Shown here one piece after another: positions 29,396 to 38,926 of a DNA stretch of 64,000 bases. A program made the translations under genes and the position numbers. The stretch covers positions 90,588-154,587 of the forward strand of contig DDYY01000079.1 in the NCBI GenBank assembly GCA_002346225.1, read 5' to 3'. A model generated the notes under the pieces. The model was given only the letters and a program-made list of their open reading frames with translations, did no database searches and was not told where the DNA came from. The stretch is from Bacteroidetes bacterium UBA3022. Lineage in GTDB: Bacteria; Bacteroidota; Bacteroidia; Chitinophagales; BACL12. Position 1 is the first letter of the stretch. Each line of letters opens with the position of its first letter.

Positions 29396-29623
29396 ATGAA
29401 AGTACCCTATCAACCTGTTTCCTGTGAACTATACGATCAATTGACAGATTATGCGGTGTTGCGGCGTGCTGTAAAAATCATTATCAGCTTGCCGGATGGT
29501 GGCAGCGAGGAATTGCAGGTGCAGGTGAAAGATATCATTACCCGCAACAAGGAAGAGTTTCTGATTACGGAAAACGACCGGGCCATCCGTCTGGATCAGA
29601 TCCGCTCGGTAATGCAAGGGTAA
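29396..29623 (+). CDS. Rof-like protein (Rho-binding antiterminator family)
   Basis: 75 aa. YQPVSCELYDQL...LPDG...VKDIITRNKEEFLI...AIRLDQIRSV aligns by eye with E. coli Rof (YQPINCDDYDNL...LKDG...DLVSRKNVEYLV...LRLDKITSF). Confidence 0.65.
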   Translation: MKVPYQPVSCELYDQLTDYAVLRRAVKIIISLPDGGSEELQVQVKDIITRNKEEFLITENDRAIRLDQIRSVMQG

Positions 29624-29715
29624 TATTTGCCTGTTTCCATCCGATTCCCTACTAAGTCTTCCAATGCAACGTTATTTCGTATACTTTTATACTAAATGAC
29701 ACAGCAGCATTGCAA

Positions 29716-31929
29716 ATGAGCAATTTGATACAATCTTTTCCAATTCAGCTATTGATTCTTCATCTCAAAAAGAATCATTTCCTGTTGCTCTTCTGGGTCA
29801 TACTTTTTTTGATGGTTACTTTTTTGCTCGGGGAGCGCTATGGCATTCCACTGTTATTTCTGGATCCGGAATACCTCGGCGATGTGAGCTTTTTAAGTTT
29901 TTTTATTCTGGGTTTTGCTTTCGGTGCATTCCTGATGGTCTGGAATGTTACCAGCTATATTCTCCACGCGCATCATTTTCCCTTTCTGGCCACCTTGCAC
30001 CGACCCTTTGGCGTATACAGTCTGAACAATAGCTTAATTCCCATTGCATTCCTCATCGTTTACATCATTCAGTTACTTGTTTTCCAACGCGATGAAGGCC
30101 TGCTGCGGTTTCCCGTTGCGGCACTCCGGTTGGGCGGACTGTTCTCCGGCGCCATCGTGTTTATAGCACTCTCCATGGCTTATTTTTTCAGCACCAATAA
30201 AAATATTTTTCAACTGTTAGGACTGAAAGGAAAAGAAGAACCCACTGCGTTTGACGACAGCGGACCTACCTGGGGTTCCACCACCGGTCACATGGAGATT
30301 CGCGTAGCTACTTATCTCAACCATGAATTGCGTCTGAAAGCTGCAAGACCCGTCGGACATTATCCTGCCGCCCTTATATTCCGCGTTTACAGGCAACATC
30401 ATATGAATGCCCTTTTTATTGAGCTTACTGCGCTGCTGCTGATTGTAGTGCTGGGGCACCTGATTGACTATCCTGTTTTCCGCATCCCCGCTGCCAGCAG
30501 CATTCTGCTATTATTCGCCATTGTTATCATGGTGGTAGGTGCCGTTTCCTACTGGTTGAAAGGATGGAAAATACTCGTCAGTATTATAGGCATATTGCTC
30601 ATTGACCTTATCATCGGCCAGAATTTGCTGCAATATAAAAACAGAGCTTATGGTATTGGTTATGCTCCTACCGAACAACCTTACACCCTCGACCGATTGC
30701 AAACGCTGAATGGTCCGGCATATACAGACAAGGACAAGACGAACATGCTGACCATTCTTCAAAACTGGCGGAATAAATTTCCTGCTGACACGCCTCCCAA
30801 GATGGTATTTATCAATTGCAGTGGTGGTGGTCTGCGTGCCAGTATGTTTGTAATGGACGCTTTACAACAGGCAGACAGTATTACCGGTGGCAATCTGATG
30901 GAGCATACCATATTGATGTCGGGTGCCTCAGGCGGAATGATTGCTGCAGCATACTACCGGGAACTCTACTACCAGTCCATTTCGGATGAAGCTATTCGTC
31001 CATACGATGCAGCCTACCTGAATAAGATTTCCTCCGACATGCTCAATGCACTGGCGTATACCAGTGTAGTGAACGACCTCTTTTTCCCCTGGAAGAATTA
31101 CACCTATAATGACCTGAATTACAGAAAAGACAGAGGCTATATATTTGAAAAAGCATTAAATGAAAATACGGATTCCGTTTTACACCGACCGATAAGTTAT
31201 TATGCTGCTGCGGAACAGCAGGCTACCATTCCGCTGCTGCTTTTCGCACCTACCATTATCAATGACGAAAGGAGGCTGTTCATTGGTGCACAATCGTATT
31301 CTTTCCTGGGGTATCCTGTCAACCGAAGAAATGATTACTCTCCGCCGGAGGTAGACGGAGTAGATATTCATTATTTACTGGAAGACATGGATGTCAGCAA
31401 CCTGCTTCTAACCAGTGCCATTCGGATGAGTTGCACCTTTCCTTACATCCTACCGAATGTACACCTGCCTACCACACCTGAAGTGGAGCTGATGGATGCA
31501 GGCATTCGCGATAATTACGGCGTAGATGCTGCAGTGCGTTTTGCCGACACCTTCAAGGAATGGATAGACAGGGAAACAAGCGGGGTCATAATGTTGAACC
31601 TGAGAGGGCTGGAGCAGGATGTTCCGATTCGAACGAAAATCAGCCAGGGTGTACTGGAAAAAATCTTCAGCCCCATCGGCAACCTTTACCTGAACTGGGT
31701 AGAAGTACAGGATTATCAGAATGATTTTCTGCTGCATCATTTGCATACACGACTGGATGTTCCGCTGGAGGTAATTTCCATTGCCTACCAGCCTTCTGCC
31801 GGAGCGCGAAGAGCCTCCCTGAGCTTTCATCTCACCAATAGGGAAAAACGCGATATTATGGAATCTGCCTCCAGTACAGAAAGCAGGGAAGCCTATGCCC
31901 ATCTCGCCGAGTTACTCCGAACTCCCTGA
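29716..31929 (+). CDS. Membrane-anchored patatin-like phospholipase
   Basis: About 300 aa of multiple TM helices, then INCSGGGLRA (oxyanion GGG.R), GASGG (GxSxG nucleophile) and MDAGIRDNYG (catalytic Asp, D-G/A). ATG at 29716; the track ORF starts at TTG 29710. Confidence 0.8.
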   Translation: MSNLIQSFPIQLLILHLKKNHFLLLFWVILFLMVTFLLGERYGIPLLFLDPEYLGDVSFLSFFILGFAFGAFLMVWNVTSYILHAHHFPFLATLHRPFGVYSLNNSLIPIAFLIVYIIQLLVFQRDEGLLRFPVAALRLGGLFSGAIVFIALSMAYFFSTNKNIFQLLGLKGKEEPTAFDDSGPTWGSTTGHMEIRVATYLNHELRLKAARPVGHYPAALIFRVYRQHHMNALFIELTALLLIVVLGHLIDYPVFRIPAASSILLLFAIVIMVVGAVSYWLKGWKILVSIIGILLIDLIIGQNLLQYKNRAYGIGYAPTEQPYTLDRLQTLNGPAYTDKDKTNMLTILQNWRNKFPADTPPKMVFINCSGGGLRASMFVMDALQQADSITGGNLMEHTILMSGASGGMIAAAYYRELYYQSISDEAIRPYDAAYLNKISSDMLNALAYTSVVNDLFFPWKNYTYNDLNYRKDRGYIFEKALNENTDSVLHRPISYYAAAEQQATIPLLLFAPTIINDERRLFIGAQSYSFLGYPVNRRNDYSPPEVDGVDIHYLLEDMDVSNLLLTSAIRMSCTFPYILPNVHLPTTPEVELMDAGIRDNYGVDAAVRFADTFKEWIDRETSGVIMLNLRGLEQDVPIRTKISQGVLEKIFSPIGNLYLNWVEVQDYQNDFLLHHLHTRLDVPLEVISIAYQPSAGARRASLSFHLTNREKRDIMESASSTESREAYAHLAELLRTP

Positions 31930-33333
31930 GCGTCTTTGCAAGCAAACAACGTTTTCAATATGGTAGGTTTGCGGAAACATATCTACCGGTTGTATGGCTT
32001 TTACATCGTATGCTTCTGATAACAGCTGGAGGTCTCTCGCTTGCGTTACCGGATTACAGCTTACATAAACGATAGTGCGCGGAGCCAATTGCAGCAGGGT
32101 AACACACACGTCTTTATGCATGCCTGCCCTCGGCGGGTCGGTAATGACTACATCGGCCTTACCGTGACGACTAATAAAGTCGGCATTGAACACTTTCATC
32201 ATATCACCCGCTTCGAAACTGGCATTGCCAATATTGTTCAGCAAGGCATTTTCCCGGGCATCTTCTACGGCTGCTTCAATGGTTTCCACCCCTACCACCT
32301 TTCCACATTTTCGGGCTGCCTGCAAAGCAATACTTCCCAATCCGGTGTAAAGATCATATACCGTATCTGTGGGACGGAGTCCTGCCATATCCAGTGCTAT
32401 TTTGTACAGGTTTGCTGCCTGCATGGAATTGGTTTGAAAAAACGATTTCGGACCCAGCCTGTAGTGTACTCCATCAATAGATTCCGTAATCCATTTTTCT
32501 CCACCGACATGTACCATCTCCAGGTCGTACATGGCATCGTTCAATTTGGTATTCACGGTATACCAGGCGGAAGTAATTTCCGGAAATATTTGTAGCAGGT
32601 GACGCATTAGCTGGAGGGTAACCTTTTCATTATCCTCAGCAACTGCGAGTATCACCATCAGGTCGCCATTGGAAGTATTCCGAATCATTAAGTTGCGCAG
32701 ATAACCGCTATGGTCCATCAGGTTGTAGAATGTCAAACCATGCAATATGGCATACGCTCTCACCGCCAGGCGAATATCATTGGAAGGCGCAGGCTGCAGA
32801 TAGCAGTGTTCTATATCAAGGATTTTATCGAAGCGACCGGGTATATGAAAGCCGAGTGCATTGCGTTGCTCAATGGCTGATTCCGCTGCCAGCTCCTCGG
32901 GCATGATCCACCTGTTCGAAGAAAAAGTGTATTCAAGTTTATTGCGATAGTAACGATCGAAAGGCGCAGGAACCACTGGTTGTATTGCGGGTAGATCGTA
33001 TAACTTCCCAATCCTCCTGAAGGCATCTGCTACCAGCTGGTATTTGAACTCAAGTTGATTTTTGTATTGAATATCCTGCCAGCGGCAGCCACCACAGGTT
33101 CCAAAATGACTGCAAAAAGCCTCTCCCCGCAATTCGGAGCGTTGATGAAAATGGGTTGGGTAACCTTGTGCGTAATCCGACTTATTCTTCGACAACCTAA
33201 CATCCACCACATCTCCGGGCACCGTCCTTTCCACAAAAACCACTTTCCCATCTACCCGCGCCAGACCATAACCGTTGGCTGCAATGGTTTCAATAGTCAG
33301 CTCCGACAATTCCCTGTTTCTCCGTTTACGCAT
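31912..33333 (-). CDS. rlmD: 23S rRNA (uracil-C5)-methyltransferase RlmD/RumA family
   Basis: TRAM-like N-terminus, Fe-S Cys cluster CSHFGTCGGCRWQ, SAM-binding DLYTGLGSIAL, ITDPPRAG, and nucleophile region YVSCNP. Confidence 0.9.
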   Translation of the reverse strand: MRKRRNRELSELTIETIAANGYGLARVDGKVVFVERTVPGDVVDVRLSKNKSDYAQGYPTHFHQRSELRGEAFCSHFGTCGGCRWQDIQYKNQLEFKYQLVADAFRRIGKLYDLPAIQPVVPAPFDRYYRNKLEYTFSSNRWIMPEELAAESAIEQRNALGFHIPGRFDKILDIEHCYLQPAPSNDIRLAVRAYAILHGLTFYNLMDHSGYLRNLMIRNTSNGDLMVILAVAEDNEKVTLQLMRHLLQIFPEITSAWYTVNTKLNDAMYDLEMVHVGGEKWITESIDGVHYRLGPKSFFQTNSMQAANLYKIALDMAGLRPTDTVYDLYTGLGSIALQAARKCGKVVGVETIEAAVEDARENALLNNIGNASFEAGDMMKVFNADFISRHGKADVVITDPPRAGMHKDVCVTLLQLAPRTIVYVSCNPVTQARDLQLLSEAYDVKAIQPVDMFPQTYHIENVVCLQRRSGSSE

Positions 33334-33348
33334 CCGGCAAAAGTAACA

Positions 33349-35217
33349 TCACTGTTTGACAACCTGCTGAACAATCGGAGGATTGTTGTCTTGCTGTGCT
33401 ACAAGCAAGTAGATACCCGGTTGCAGGGATGACATGTCGAAGGTAAAACGGTTCCAGCCGGCAGTCACTTTCGCTTCTACCAGGAAGGCCACCTCTCTGC
33501 CCAGCTGATTCAATAAGTAGAAAGCGGCAGTCCCACCGGAAGGCAACTGCAAATCGGCGGTAACCCATTCACGCACAGGCACAGGATATAGCTGCATCCC
33601 AGCAGGTGCGGGTTCCTGTTCGAGCGCTACAGGTGGAAGACTGTCCCGACTGCGCAGGGCTGCAATCCATGTGGCGTTTTTGCGATCTGTAAATGGCCCT
33701 GCATCTATGGCCTTTCCGAAGTTTCCGGACACCCACACCACACCGGGTTCATTGTACTTTGGCTGGCTGCCGGTATAGTCGCCCCAGCGTTCATAGGTGC
33801 CACTTAACATGTTCACGTAAGTGTCGCCTGTTTTGAGGTTAACCCTTTCGGAATATCCGGAATAATTATAGAAAAATGCAGACATCCCGGCATACACTTC
33901 CGGCGCGGAATGGTCGGCCGTAATGATGGACTGTACGTCATCATCGTATCTGCCCGTAAATGAAATTCCTGGATAGCCCAGGTCAAGCGTATCATCCCCG
34001 ATAATGTTACCACTCACCACAGGATCGCTCAGCAGGTCCGTAATGATGCCATGGTATATACCACAGAAACCGGTGGCAGGGTCAAGCGTGTTCGCTACAA
34101 ACTGAATCTGATTATTCTGCAGGAAGGAACCCAGAATTCTACCATCATTGGTGTCGAAAGTATGATCATTGAATTGTCTTGCCTGCGGCGGAACGCCATA
34201 GTTTACATCGGCGAGTGCAAAGTCTACTTCAACTGTTGTTTCGGGCACTGCCAGTGCATCGGTTACCCGCACTACAAAGATGGTATCATTGGATGGTGAG
34301 AAGTTCCTGTTGCTCAGAAAATACATATCAGGACCCAGTGGTCCTTTTCCACCTTTTACAGGATGCAGATTCCGAATAGGCGCTCCTCCAAACTGTATGT
34401 TATCCCAAAAAACAGCATCGAGGGCATTGCCGTTATAACCACTGTCCAGACTCATTTGCCAGATAAGTGTTTCGCTGAAACCAGTCTGCCAGGGTTCATC
34501 GGGAATAATCAGGTTACCTGTGATAAACAGTTCTGTTTCTGTAATGGCTATCATGGGATAATCTGTCCAGCGGTTATTGTCTTTAGGGTTACCCGGCAGT
34601 TCGTAAACATTCCAGGTTCCTGTAGGATCGCTGGTTTGCGAAAATGCCACTATTATAAAACTGGTAGCCGGTCCAAAACCGTCGAGGAAGACCAGAATAA
34701 ATCTATCATGGATGGGATCGTACAGGACCCGCGGATCAAAGCTGCTCTGGGGGCCGCCCAATGTATCGGCGATGGCTCCCAGGGACACTTCATGCAGTAG
34801 ATTTCCGGACATGTCATAGACATGCATATTGCTGTTAATGACCGAAATGATGGTACCATCGTTGGAAATGGCCATGTCATTATCGTTGGGGACACTAACT
34901 CCCGACAAGTTGCCTTCAAAACCTGCCAGAACCTCCGGTGTAGATGCGTCGCCTTCCATGGCTTTCCATCCCGATGGCTGGTAGGAACGGTACAATGAAT
35001 CCTTTAAACCCAGCAAATAAGCCCTGTAGGTACCTGCACCCGGAGACGGCATTTCCAGGCTGTAGACCGAAGGGGCAAAATCTTGTTGTATGGACTTTAA
35101 ATGTATCTGTTCGGGTAATATCGGCTGTTGCAATACATTGCGCACCGGTAGTGCTGATTGCTGACCCAACGCTTGCAGGGAAAGGGCAAGTGCCAGTAGG
35201 AAGGATGCGTATTTCAT
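33349..35217 (-). CDS. Secreted T9SS cargo protein of unknown function (possible beta-propeller)
   Basis: Start at ATG 35217 (MKYASFLLALALSLQALGQQ). One Asp-box-like SQTSDPTGTW. C-terminal CTD LYPVPVREWVTADLQL...GIYLLVAQQDNNPPIVQQVVKQ. Confidence 0.7.
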   Translation of the reverse strand: MKYASFLLALALSLQALGQQSALPVRNVLQQPILPEQIHLKSIQQDFAPSVYSLEMPSPGAGTYRAYLLGLKDSLYRSYQPSGWKAMEGDASTPEVLAGFEGNLSGVSVPNDNDMAISNDGTIISVINSNMHVYDMSGNLLHEVSLGAIADTLGGPQSSFDPRVLYDPIHDRFILVFLDGFGPATSFIIVAFSQTSDPTGTWNVYELPGNPKDNNRWTDYPMIAITETELFITGNLIIPDEPWQTGFSETLIWQMSLDSGYNGNALDAVFWDNIQFGGAPIRNLHPVKGGKGPLGPDMYFLSNRNFSPSNDTIFVVRVTDALAVPETTVEVDFALADVNYGVPPQARQFNDHTFDTNDGRILGSFLQNNQIQFVANTLDPATGFCGIYHGIITDLLSDPVVSGNIIGDDTLDLGYPGISFTGRYDDDVQSIITADHSAPEVYAGMSAFFYNYSGYSERVNLKTGDTYVNMLSGTYERWGDYTGSQPKYNEPGVVWVSGNFGKAIDAGPFTDRKNATWIAALRSRDSLPPVALEQEPAPAGMQLYPVPVREWVTADLQLPSGGTAAFYLLNQLGREVAFLVEAKVTAGWNRFTFDMSSLQPGIYLLVAQQDNNPPIVQQVVKQ

Positions 35218-35240
35218 CTTCAAAAATACCAAATTAGGGG

Positions 35241-36398
35241 CTAATGCTGCAACTGCCTGCCGGCGGGCACGAAGCGTTTGTCCATAGCACTTATGACCTG
35301 CTCCATTCCATCGGCCGAACGCTCCCAGTTAAATGCATTCCTAGCAGCGTTAATATCGGCATAGGCTTCGGTATAGTGACTTCTTTCCTGCATAAAATGC
35401 TCCATGGCAGCTGCTATTTCAGCAGGATACTCCGGGTTGAATGTGATGGCATGAGGTCCGGCCACTTCGGGGAGACAACTTCTGTCGGAGGTAATAACCG
35501 GCACACCACAATACCTTGCCTCCACCACAGGAATACCAAAACCTTCAAACAAGGAGGGATATACAAAAGCGGCTGCGGCAGCCATGATGCGCACCAGTTC
35601 CTGCTGTTGAAGATGTCCGGTGAAAATGACATCCTCTTTATGGTGCATAATATCATAGATTGCTTTAGTGGCATCTGTTTTCCATGCCATTCTCCCTGCT
35701 ACCACCAGTTTCATGTCAGTGCCTGTCTTTTCTTTCAGCATATCGAAAGCCTGCAGCAGGGTGGTGACATTCTTTCTCGGGTGTATAGAACCAACATATA
35801 TAAAATAATCCGATCCTTCGGTGTATTGGCGACGCACAGCAGCGGCATCTTCAGCATCCAGTGGAGCATATGCATCGCTGGCACCATTGTAGATTCTCGT
35901 GACTTTTTCAGGAGCCACACCATACCTATCAATAACATCCCTGCGGGTGAAGTCCGATACCGTTACGATATGATCGGCATGACGGGCATACAAGGGCGTA
36001 AACTTCCGATAGTACTTATTGACTATAGCCGGGGTGTGTTCCGGGTAATGCTCAAATCCCAGGTCATGCACTACCAGTATCGATGGAATATGTGTTTTTA
36101 GCGACAGAAAACCATCGGTAGAAATGAAAAGATCGGGCTGGTGTTTTCTGAAAACTGCAGGCAGCGCGTAGTCGAACCAGAACTGCCACAAATAAGGATG
36201 TCTTGCCGGCGGCCATACTTTCACAGGCTGGACATTGGGTGCATACAGAAACTCGGGTGCAGGTTCTCGGTCGAAAAGAAAAAGGAAAGTGTGCTCCGGG
36301 TGACGGGTTACGATGCGGCGGAAAACCTCATGGGTGTACCATCCGATACCTTCCAACCTGTTCTTCAATAAAAAGCGTGTATTTACAGCTATTACCAT
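35241..36398 (-). CDS. Glycosyltransferase family 4 (GT-B, group 1)
   Basis: 385 aa. The C-terminal domain has PSLFEGFGIPVVEARYCGVPVITSDRSCLPEVAG (E-x7-E motif). Confidence 0.88.
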   Translation of the reverse strand: MVIAVNTRFLLKNRLEGIGWYTHEVFRRIVTRHPEHTFLFLFDREPAPEFLYAPNVQPVKVWPPARHPYLWQFWFDYALPAVFRKHQPDLFISTDGFLSLKTHIPSILVVHDLGFEHYPEHTPAIVNKYYRKFTPLYARHADHIVTVSDFTRRDVIDRYGVAPEKVTRIYNGASDAYAPLDAEDAAAVRRQYTEGSDYFIYVGSIHPRKNVTTLLQAFDMLKEKTGTDMKLVVAGRMAWKTDATKAIYDIMHHKEDVIFTGHLQQQELVRIMAAAAAFVYPSLFEGFGIPVVEARYCGVPVITSDRSCLPEVAGPHAITFNPEYPAEIAAAMEHFMQERSHYTEAYADINAARNAFNWERSADGMEQVISAMDKRFVPAGRQLQH

Positions 36399-36530
36399 TC
36401 AGCTTCGTTCAATTGAAATGGACAATAAAATGCTTGTAGAAATGATGAATACAACTGAATTTAGCGTAGCTGTGGCCTTATAGCGGTGTGTTTGATGCAA
36501 TAATACTAATTTTAACGCACAATCAAAATA

Positions 36531-37994
36531 ATGAGGCGGAGCTTCCTGTCCAACCTTTTTTTTCTGCTTTTCATCAACTTTCTGGTTAAGCCTTTCTGGA
36601 TACTCGGAATAGACCGCACTGTGCAAAATGCTGCCGGTCCCGAGGATTACGGCATTTATTTCTCGCTGTTCAACTTCACCATATTGTTTCAGGTGCTGCT
36701 TGATTTTGGCATCAACAACTTCAACAACAGGCATATCGCCCGCTACCCTGAGCGACTGCACGCTTATCTCAGCACTATGCTCAGCTCGAAGCTGTTGTTT
36801 GCTCTGGTCTATGCTGTCGTTGTGTGGGCAGTGGCTTTCGGCATCGGACTGGATGGCACCCGCCTGGGATTGCTCGCATTGCTGATGGTAAACCAGGTGC
36901 TGATGTCCTTCCTCACCTATTTGCGCAGCAATATCTCAGCCTTACAGCTTTTCAGAACAGATGCCCTGCTTTCTGTGATGGACAAGTTGCTCACCAGCGC
37001 ATTTTGTGCTGTAGTATTATGGACCGACTGGCTGCCACTGGAAATGAGCATTACCCTCTTTGTGCTTGCGCAGATTGGCGGATACGGCCTTACCTGCATC
37101 CTTGCCTGGATATTAATGCCGATAGGCAAATGGGACACCTGGAGTAAGCTTCCCGACAGAACACTTTTACAGGACGTGGTGAAGCAAAGTGCACCTTTTG
37201 CACTGCTCACTTTTCTGATGGCAACCTACTACCGCATTGACGGTGTGATGCTGGAGCGATTGCTGAAAGCCGACGGTCCGATGCAGGCCGGAATCTATGC
37301 TTCCGCCTTTCGCATTCTCGACGCCCTCAATATCATAGGCTATCTTTTTGCAGCCATACTCCTACCCTCCTTTTCGCGCTTGCTGGAAAAAAAGCTTCCG
37401 GTACAGTCCATTTTTGACTCCGGGCTCAAAACCATACTTACCATTTCATTACCTGCTGCCACGGTACTTTTTGCGTTCCGCAATCCAATCATGTCCCTTT
37501 TGTACACGGATGCCAATAGCAGCTATGGAGCCGTTTTCGGATTGCTAATGGCAGGATTTGTGCCTGCCAGCCTAGCGTATATCTACGGCACCTTCCTCAC
37601 CGCCGGGGGCGCATTGCGGCAATTGAACTGGATTGCGGTGGGTGGTGTAGTACTGAATATTGCACTCAATTTACTACTGATACCCCGCTATCAGGCATAT
37701 GGTGCCGCTATTGCCACACTTGCCACGCAGGGACTTGTAACCTTGCTTCAGGCAACAATTGTATACCGGTCCGGGCAGATTCATTTTACAGGTGACATCG
37801 CCTGGCGCCTGCTCGCCTATCTTATCATATCTGTAGGAATTGCCCGCATAATGTCTGAATGGCTGCCCTTCCCATGGTTTATTTCCATGCTCACAGCCAT
37901 TGCAGTAGTTGTAGCAGGAGCCCTAATCCTAAAGCTTGTTTCGCTAAAAGAATGGAAGGATGCCTCCTTATTAGAGGAATCAGGTTCCCGTTGA
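36531..37994 (+). CDS. Polysaccharide/oligosaccharide flippase (MOP superfamily, Wzx-like)
   Basis: 487 aa with about 12-14 TM helices and typical Wzx-like composition. Sits in a polysaccharide gene context. Confidence 0.7.
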   Translation: MRRSFLSNLFFLLFINFLVKPFWILGIDRTVQNAAGPEDYGIYFSLFNFTILFQVLLDFGINNFNNRHIARYPERLHAYLSTMLSSKLLFALVYAVVVWAVAFGIGLDGTRLGLLALLMVNQVLMSFLTYLRSNISALQLFRTDALLSVMDKLLTSAFCAVVLWTDWLPLEMSITLFVLAQIGGYGLTCILAWILMPIGKWDTWSKLPDRTLLQDVVKQSAPFALLTFLMATYYRIDGVMLERLLKADGPMQAGIYASAFRILDALNIIGYLFAAILLPSFSRLLEKKLPVQSIFDSGLKTILTISLPAATVLFAFRNPIMSLLYTDANSSYGAVFGLLMAGFVPASLAYIYGTFLTAGGALRQLNWIAVGGVVLNIALNLLLIPRYQAYGAAIATLATQGLVTLLQATIVYRSGQIHFTGDIAWRLLAYLIISVGIARIMSEWLPFPWFISMLTAIAVVVAGALILKLVSLKEWKDASLLEESGSR

Positions 37995-38031
37995 TGGATT
38001 TTTCTACCTTTGCACATCAAAATTCCACTGC

Positions 38032-38925
38032 ATGAGCCAGTCCAAAAATGATATGATAGAGCTGATCAGGATAGCTCTGAAGTGGCGGAAAGCCATCATC
38101 ATCACTACCCTAATTGCAGCAATAGGAACCGCAGCGGTGAGTTGGTTCTTTATGCCTAATTACTACAAGAGCTCAGTGAACTTCTATCCTTCCAACCCCA
38201 TCATGACCGATCGTCAGGTGCTGTACAGTACCACTGTGGGTGAAATTGAAATCGATTATTTCGGTTCAGCGGGCGATGTAGACAGGATTTTAACACTGGC
38301 CAATACCAGCTCGCTGATTGATTACATCATCAACAAATACAAGTTGATGGAGCACTACGGCTACGACTCCACCAAAACACTGGCGCGCTATAAAACCAAA
38401 AAGAAGTTTGTCAAGAACTACAAAGCCGTGGAAACAGAATACGGAGCGATAGAAATTTCCATCTGGGATAAGGATAAAGAACTGGCAGCCGAAATGGCCA
38501 ATCATATCGCATTTACCATCGATAATCACAATAAGTCGATGATTACACGTGATAAAAATGTGGTGATCGAAACCTTCCAGGAGGAAGTGGCTTTGAAGGA
38601 AGCATTCAATGATTCACTGGCAACGGCAATAGAAGATGCCACCGCCAAAGGAATGCGCAAAGAGCTCATCAGCCAGATGGAAGCAAGACTTACTGCCAGT
38701 ACCGATGATTTAAATAAGTCCAGAAGGCTGCTCGAACAGTACCAGACTTCTGCCAGTCAGAATTTTTCCACCATTCATGTTACGGAAGAAGCCTACCCTG
38801 CCATCAGGAAGGATAAACCCGTGCGCTCCCTAATAGTGATTGGCGCTACCGGTGGCACCTTTATTTTCATGCTGCTGCTGGCTGTTATTGCTGAAAACTA
38901 CAGAAAGATAAAGGACCAACTTTGA
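38032..38925 (+). CDS. Wzz-like polysaccharide chain-length determinant protein (no kinase domain)
   Basis: 297 aa. N-terminal TM segment after a LIRIALKWRKAIIIT... motif, then a long coiled-coil periplasmic region and a C-terminal TM segment (VIGATGGTFIFMLLLAVIA). Confidence 0.6.
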   Translation: MSQSKNDMIELIRIALKWRKAIIITTLIAAIGTAAVSWFFMPNYYKSSVNFYPSNPIMTDRQVLYSTTVGEIEIDYFGSAGDVDRILTLANTSSLIDYIINKYKLMEHYGYDSTKTLARYKTKKKFVKNYKAVETEYGAIEISIWDKDKELAAEMANHIAFTIDNHNKSMITRDKNVVIETFQEEVALKEAFNDSLATAIEDATAKGMRKELISQMEARLTASTDDLNKSRRLLEQYQTSASQNFSTIHVTEEAYPAIRKDKPVRSLIVIGATGGTFIFMLLLAVIAENYRKIKDQL

Positions 38926-38926
38926 C

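Noticed and set aside
35244-36101. 285-aa plus-strand ORF antisense to the GT4 gene. Similar long antisense ORFs occur at 375..1037, 2373..3128, 51128..51703, 52022..52690, 54445..55236, 58369..59172 and 62892..63656.
   Set aside because: Each is fully nested opposite a confidently identified gene (actB, the arginase-like gene, murF, gldJ/porP, porU, icmF). They are rich in Cys/His/Arg/Gly and lack domains, signal peptides and plausible promoters.
36399-36761. 120-aa minus-strand ORF spanning the GT4/flippase spacer
   Set aside because: It overlaps the 5' part of the flippase gene in antisense. It would have to start inside that gene, and its sequence has no features.
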